From Histomonas meleagridis 2922-C6/04-290x (taxonomy: Eukaryota; Protista; Parabasalia), in the NCBI GenBank assembly GCA_020184695.1, contig JAANOX010000097.1, positions 109,880 through 173,879 of the forward strand: a stretch of DNA of 64,000 nt, given 5' to 3'. Made by a program: the position numbers and the translations under genes. How positions within the stretch are numbered: position 1 is the first letter of the stretch; each line of letters starts with the position of its first letter. This document shows positions 59,797 to 64,000 of this stretch, in pieces. The notes beneath the pieces were generated by a model. The model saw only the letters and a list, made by a program, of their open reading frames with translations, did no database searches and was not told where the DNA came from.

Positions 59797-60549
59797 AAAC
59801 TTTTTGTCAAGAAGTGTTATGTACGGAAATTCTCAAAAATCATTCAATTTCGATGTAAACTATTCAATCACATTCCAACCCATCCCTGCGGTTGTGATCG
59901 TATTTCACTGAAAACCCGGGGCTTTTTCAGTGAAATACGATCACAACCGCTCGCGCCTTCGGCGCTCGCATAAAAAAATTTGTTGTAGAGTTGTATACTC
60001 GTTTTGTCTCATGTGAAACAAATTGATTAATGAACCCTTCAACTTTTTGTGTGTAAGATATTGTTGAATTCTATTTTACACCTTTGTATAATAGTTTCAT
60101 GTGTATTCCGATTGTTAACGGTTTTGGGGTGGTCCACAAGGATCTTCAGTTCTTTTCACTAAATTTTCACATTTTTTGTATCACTGTATGCTTTTAACTT
60201 TTGCTAAAATATTTTGAATTGCACTTTTTCAAGGAATTCATAAATTTTACTTTGTATTATATATTTTGTTACAAACTTTCTAGAGAGAATTCTGATTTAT
60301 TAAAAATTGTATTGTATTATATAAAATTATCATCTATAATAGATAAAAAATATTCATCATTGTATTTATGAGATTCAGCTCTGAATTGCCAAATTAAATT
60401 TAATCTGCATTTGCTGCTTCAACGAGGGTCGTTCTTCCGCCTCTAACGGTCGCTAGTACGATAGAGTGAAAATTTTAGCTTGAATAGTTTACTCATAAAT
60501 TGAATGATTTTGAGAATTTTCCTACACAACACTTTTTGTCAAGAAGTTT
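59797..60549. mobile_element. Possible MITE-like relic bounded by ~70-bp inverted repeats
   Basis: 59797-59867 and 60480-60549 are reverse complements with 10 mismatches and 1 gap; no TSD or transposase seen. Confidence 0.35.
59888..59969. repeat. GC-rich palindromic element: 27-bp perfect inverted repeat plus GCTCGC-GCC(TTC)GGC-GCTCGC
   Basis: 59888-59914 is the exact reverse complement of 59924-59950; 9-nt loop. Confidence 0.9.
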
Positions 60550-61317
60550 CCATTCAATTATCCGATGCGTATAAAGAGAGATTTAAAAAACACAACTTAC
60601 CCAGTTTTTAGGGAACAGTGAACAATGTCTACCAAGGCCCTCTCGTAAACATATGCAAGAAACAGATATCATATAATGAAGTCGAACAACTTAATTTTTG
60701 AACAACGGATTGGGAAGATGGTGTTTTTAAACCAACACGTCATCTGGCGCTAAATGCAAGAGCCTGGAGCAAAATTTGCACCACCTGTTTTTCATTCAAA
60801 ACAGTTTATATGGTTCAATTTTGTCTACATAATATTATAACATAAATATGAAACATCTTGTGATCTTATCATAGATTCAAACCTCTATTCATTCTTTGTT
60901 GACTGCTTCAAATAATTTTTCTCCTGAAAATGCAGAAGCGGTCCATCTTTCCAATGAAAATAGATCAAATTGATACAGCCTGCTCATTTTGTTGTCGATT
61001 TTTGCTCATAATAAAAAACGCTAATTAATTTGTAATTTTCATTTATATAAATATTGTTTGGGTTATATGAAATCATTTGTAAATAAAGCATAACTTACAA
61101 TCCTTTGGGTTAATCCCCTTTTATCTTTTCGTACCTTTTGTTATATCAAAGAAAAAAAACCATTGAAAAAAACAATTGAAAAGAAATTCAATTCAATTTT
61201 CTATAGTTTTATCAAAAAATAAACGTACACAAACCACGTCACTTTTAGTTTGCCAATTTAATCACCCTTTGTGCCAAGTTTGACTATCTTTGTTTACAAT
61301 AATGACCGTTATGTCTA

Positions 61318-62040
61318 ATGAACCAAAACCAACTTCAACTCTGCGACCTTATATTGCAGAAAATAGTTTCAAGGCCTATTGCAAAAATATTTTGGGACAT
61401 AAATGAATTTACAGTTTCTTTAAATGAACCATTATCTCTTTCCATTATTGAAGAAAAACTTCATAGGGGACTTTATACATCAGCAAGTCATTGGATTTCC
61501 GATATGCATGATTTGCTTTCCAGTAGTGTTTCTAAAAAATCAGGGCATCCACTTCGTGTTGTAGCAGCTCGTCAATTAATGGATGAATTAAATCAGTTAC
61601 TTTGGGAACTTTCTCCATTACTTTGTCCTACCATTATAAAATTTGAGTTATTAGAGTACAATTTAAATCAATACATATCGAAAAACATTCCATCATTTCA
61701 AATTCAGAATGACAATACAGATCGCTCTCCAGTGGCATATGCGTTAAATAAAGTACCTAAAATTGACGAGGAGATAGCAAATTACATGAAATTAATTACA
61801 TCTCCATCATTAATTCTTCGGGCACTTTCATTTCTTTCTTCTCTCCAGCCCGAAGTGATAGAAATCAATGACGATTCACTGAGCATTGTTTTTTCTCTTA
61901 TGTCTTCTGAAACTATAGAAAAATTTGGGGAATTTTTACATAAGTTAGCAACAGATGCTGCTTCTGGAAAATTTGACCCTTACTTCCAAAACATACAGAG
62001 CAAGGTAAAGCCAGCCATACCAATTGTTAATAAAACATAA
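61318..62040 (+). CDS. Divergent bromodomain protein with a possible ET-like C-terminal domain
   Basis: EPLSLSIIEEKLHRGLYTSASHWISDM (cf. PMDL.TI..KL...Y.S...F..D); EVIEI..FSLMSSETIEKF resembles an ET domain. Confidence 0.65.
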   Translation: MNQNQLQLCDLILQKIVSRPIAKIFWDINEFTVSLNEPLSLSIIEEKLHRGLYTSASHWISDMHDLLSSSVSKKSGHPLRVVAARQLMDELNQLLWELSPLLCPTIIKFELLEYNLNQYISKNIPSFQIQNDNTDRSPVAYALNKVPKIDEEIANYMKLITSPSLILRALSFLSSLQPEVIEINDDSLSIVFSLMSSETIEKFGEFLHKLATDAASGKFDPYFQNIQSKVKPAIPIVNKT

Positions 62041-62418
62041 ATTATTATTATTTAGAAATTTAACATTAAAATACCGAAAAGATATATCTGGTAATTTATT
62101 GGTATCACGTTTGGTTGGGTTTTGTGTGTTATTCCGTTTAAAAACAGAATCCGAAGAAATCAATTATTGATTTCTAAAATGTGTTCAAATTTAAAATTTT
62201 AAAGTTTGTTTAGGGTGTAGCATCGTATTTATTAAAGAATTCTTATAATTTTGAATACTTTAAATTATTTCTCAAAACTTTTTTATAAATAATTTAAATG
62301 ATGTATAAAGAAAATTAATAAGCAGCAAAAAGAGATGGGGTTATAAATAGATGAAGATTTATTATAAATCTTTTGACGGAATTTGTAATGACTCATGGAA
62401 ATTTCGCATTTTTTGATT

Positions 62419-62865
62419 TTACTGTGGTTTAGCATAAATCTCAGTCCATTCCTTTGCTTTTTGAGTAAAGGCAGCACGATCATCTTTATATTGAGCAGCT
62501 ATTTCAGCTGATAATGAATCATCAGGATCTGGAGTTGAAAGCAAGTAGTACAAAGACAGAAGAACCTTTGTTGCATTTTCTATTGGGGTCCAACTTTTAG
62601 ATAAAATGTCAAGACAAATTTCACCATGCGAGCCAACATTTGGGTGGTAAACTTTAGTGTCAAAATTGCACTGTGGTGGCTTGAGGGGATAATCAAATGG
62701 GAATTTCATATCAATAATGAAATCACCACCTTCATAAGGAGAACCTTCTGGCCCTTTTATGTGTGCTTTCCAATGAAAAAGATCTCCACCAACGAGTTCT
62801 GCTGAAATGCCCTCCGTGGATGCTTGAACCTTTTTGAACTCATTTGAAAGTTTTCTTTGTGCCAT
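62419..62865 (-). CDS. Ubiquitin-conjugating enzyme E2 (UBC4/5-like)
   Basis: GPEGSPYEGG, FPFDYPLKPP, YHPNVGSHGEICLDIL with the catalytic Cys. Confidence 0.95.
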   Translation of the reverse strand: MAQRKLSNEFKKVQASTEGISAELVGGDLFHWKAHIKGPEGSPYEGGDFIIDMKFPFDYPLKPPQCNFDTKVYHPNVGSHGEICLDILSKSWTPIENATKVLLSLYYLLSTPDPDDSLSAEIAAQYKDDRAAFTQKAKEWTEIYAKPQ

Positions 62866-63131
62866 TTGGTCACCGTGCTACTTTTTATGTTTAGTAACGA
62901 AGTTTTATGACTTTTTGAATTGATAGGCGATATAAAATTGAATATAGACGATCAAAAACAATTCAATTGTAAAAAATGAAACAACACTTTATATATAATG
63001 ACCGTTTAAAAAAGGAGAATGATCGTTTTTCATTCAATTAAATGAGCAGTGCAACTAAGGTAGGTATATAATGCGGTCGGCCTCCAGGGTTTTCGTGATC
63101 ATTCCCGACCTTTAGTTTTCACTTTTTCACT

Positions 63132-63229
63132 GGGGGATTTCCGGGGTCTTCGACCTCCGGAGGTGCCCTTCGGACCCCTCCGGAGGTCGAAGACCCCTCC
63201 AATCCCCCGAGTGTGCTCGCTCCGCTCGC
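63132..63229. repeat. GC-rich palindromic element: 21-bp perfect inverted repeat, 8-bp outer stem and GCTCGCTCCGCTCGC
   Basis: 63143-63163 pairs with 63177-63197; GGGGGATT at 63132-63139 pairs with AATCCCCC at 63201-63208. Confidence 0.9.
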
Positions 63230-63528
63230 AACAAAAATCAAAATGATTTTTGTGAGCCATACAATTCGATAGAAAATTTGAATGAGCATTCAATTTTGAG
63301 AGAACGCGAAACTTTTTCATAGGGACGATAGCACTTTTAGCACCACTTTTCGCATAAACCTATCAAAAACCTCGTATAACCAGCACAAATTGTCCCCGGT
63401 TATTATTTGGTCGGAGGTTAGTAGTCAAAAAGCGACGGTTATTGTTTGGTCGCATGGCAAACTTATTTCAATGAACGAATGGCCAAAATACACAATCATA
63501 AAAATGTCACTTAATCACTTCACTCTTT

Positions 63529-64000
63529 ATGAATTCAGACTACTATTCTGTTACAAAGCTAGCCGATTTTATCAAAGAAAAAGATCCAGATGCTACAGCG
63601 GTTGCTTTATTTTTTGGACCAAAAGATGACAAACTTGGCAATTTTAACAATTTTAGAATTAAGCCAATTGGCATGATTATCAAACATAAAAATTTTCAAG
63701 ATTTCTATTTTGTACATAAAGAATTGATTGAATTCTTCAAACAAAGAAATATCAAAGTATCAATACCAATTATTGATAATAAAAAGCCACCAATTACTAA
63801 TAATATTCATTATCTAGAGATTCATTTAACTCAATTAGAGAGTAATTTCGGTAGATGGTATCATGCATTTCTATATGAATCAACCAACAATGAAGTTAAT
63901 AATATACTTATTTCACATAAAATACCTGATAAACCACACACACACACAGCGCTATGTGAGCTTCGTGCTACGCACTCGCTCCCACTCGCGCTACATAAAC
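63529..64000 (+). CDS. Hypothetical protein, open to the window end (absent from the ORF track)
   Basis: ATG at 63529 preceded by Inr-like TCACTT/TCACTC; MNSDYYSVTKLADFIKEKDPDA... with no stop before 64000. Confidence 0.55.
   Translation, partial: MNSDYYSVTKLADFIKEKDPDATAVALFFGPKDDKLGNFNNFRIKPIGMIIKHKNFQDFYFVHKELIEFFKQRNIKVSIPIIDNKKPPITNNIHYLEIHLTQLESNFGRWYHAFLYESTNNEVNNILISHKIPDKPHTHTALCELRATHSLPLALHK

Overview
AT-rich, gene-dense eukaryotic DNA, most likely a trichomonad (parabasalid). The assignment is inferred from DUF3447/ankyrin and BspA families, Inr/M3/M5-like promoter motifs and essentially intron-free housekeeping genes. Intact genes: an atypical G-alpha, a CDF transporter, tRNA-Pro(CGG), a TRF4-type poly(A) polymerase, two BspA proteins, a TM surface protein, an NT5C-type nucleotidase, a 1962-aa Ser/Lys/Glu repeat protein, a plain ankyrin protein, a Tubby-like protein, RPS2, a TAF4-like protein, a PMT mannosyltransferase, a shugoshin-like protein, a UPF1-like helicase fused to a DEDDy exonuclease, a bromodomain protein and a ubiquitin E2. 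Nine DUF3447-ankyrin loci lie between them. Main finding: almost every ankyrin repeat in these loci is split at the same point (between ..INAK and TAL..) by an AT-rich spacer. It was exactly 83 nt in 21 of 31 copies counted by hand, breaks the frame, often carries stops, lacks conserved GT-AG/branch-point signals and can fold into a conserved hairpin. This is a candidate non-canonical intron or recoding system, untested without RNA data. Also notable: a family of GC-rich hairpins with GAA triloops and GAGC repeats near the right end, and the helicase-exonuclease fusion. All calls come from motif recognition by eye; no database searches were run.
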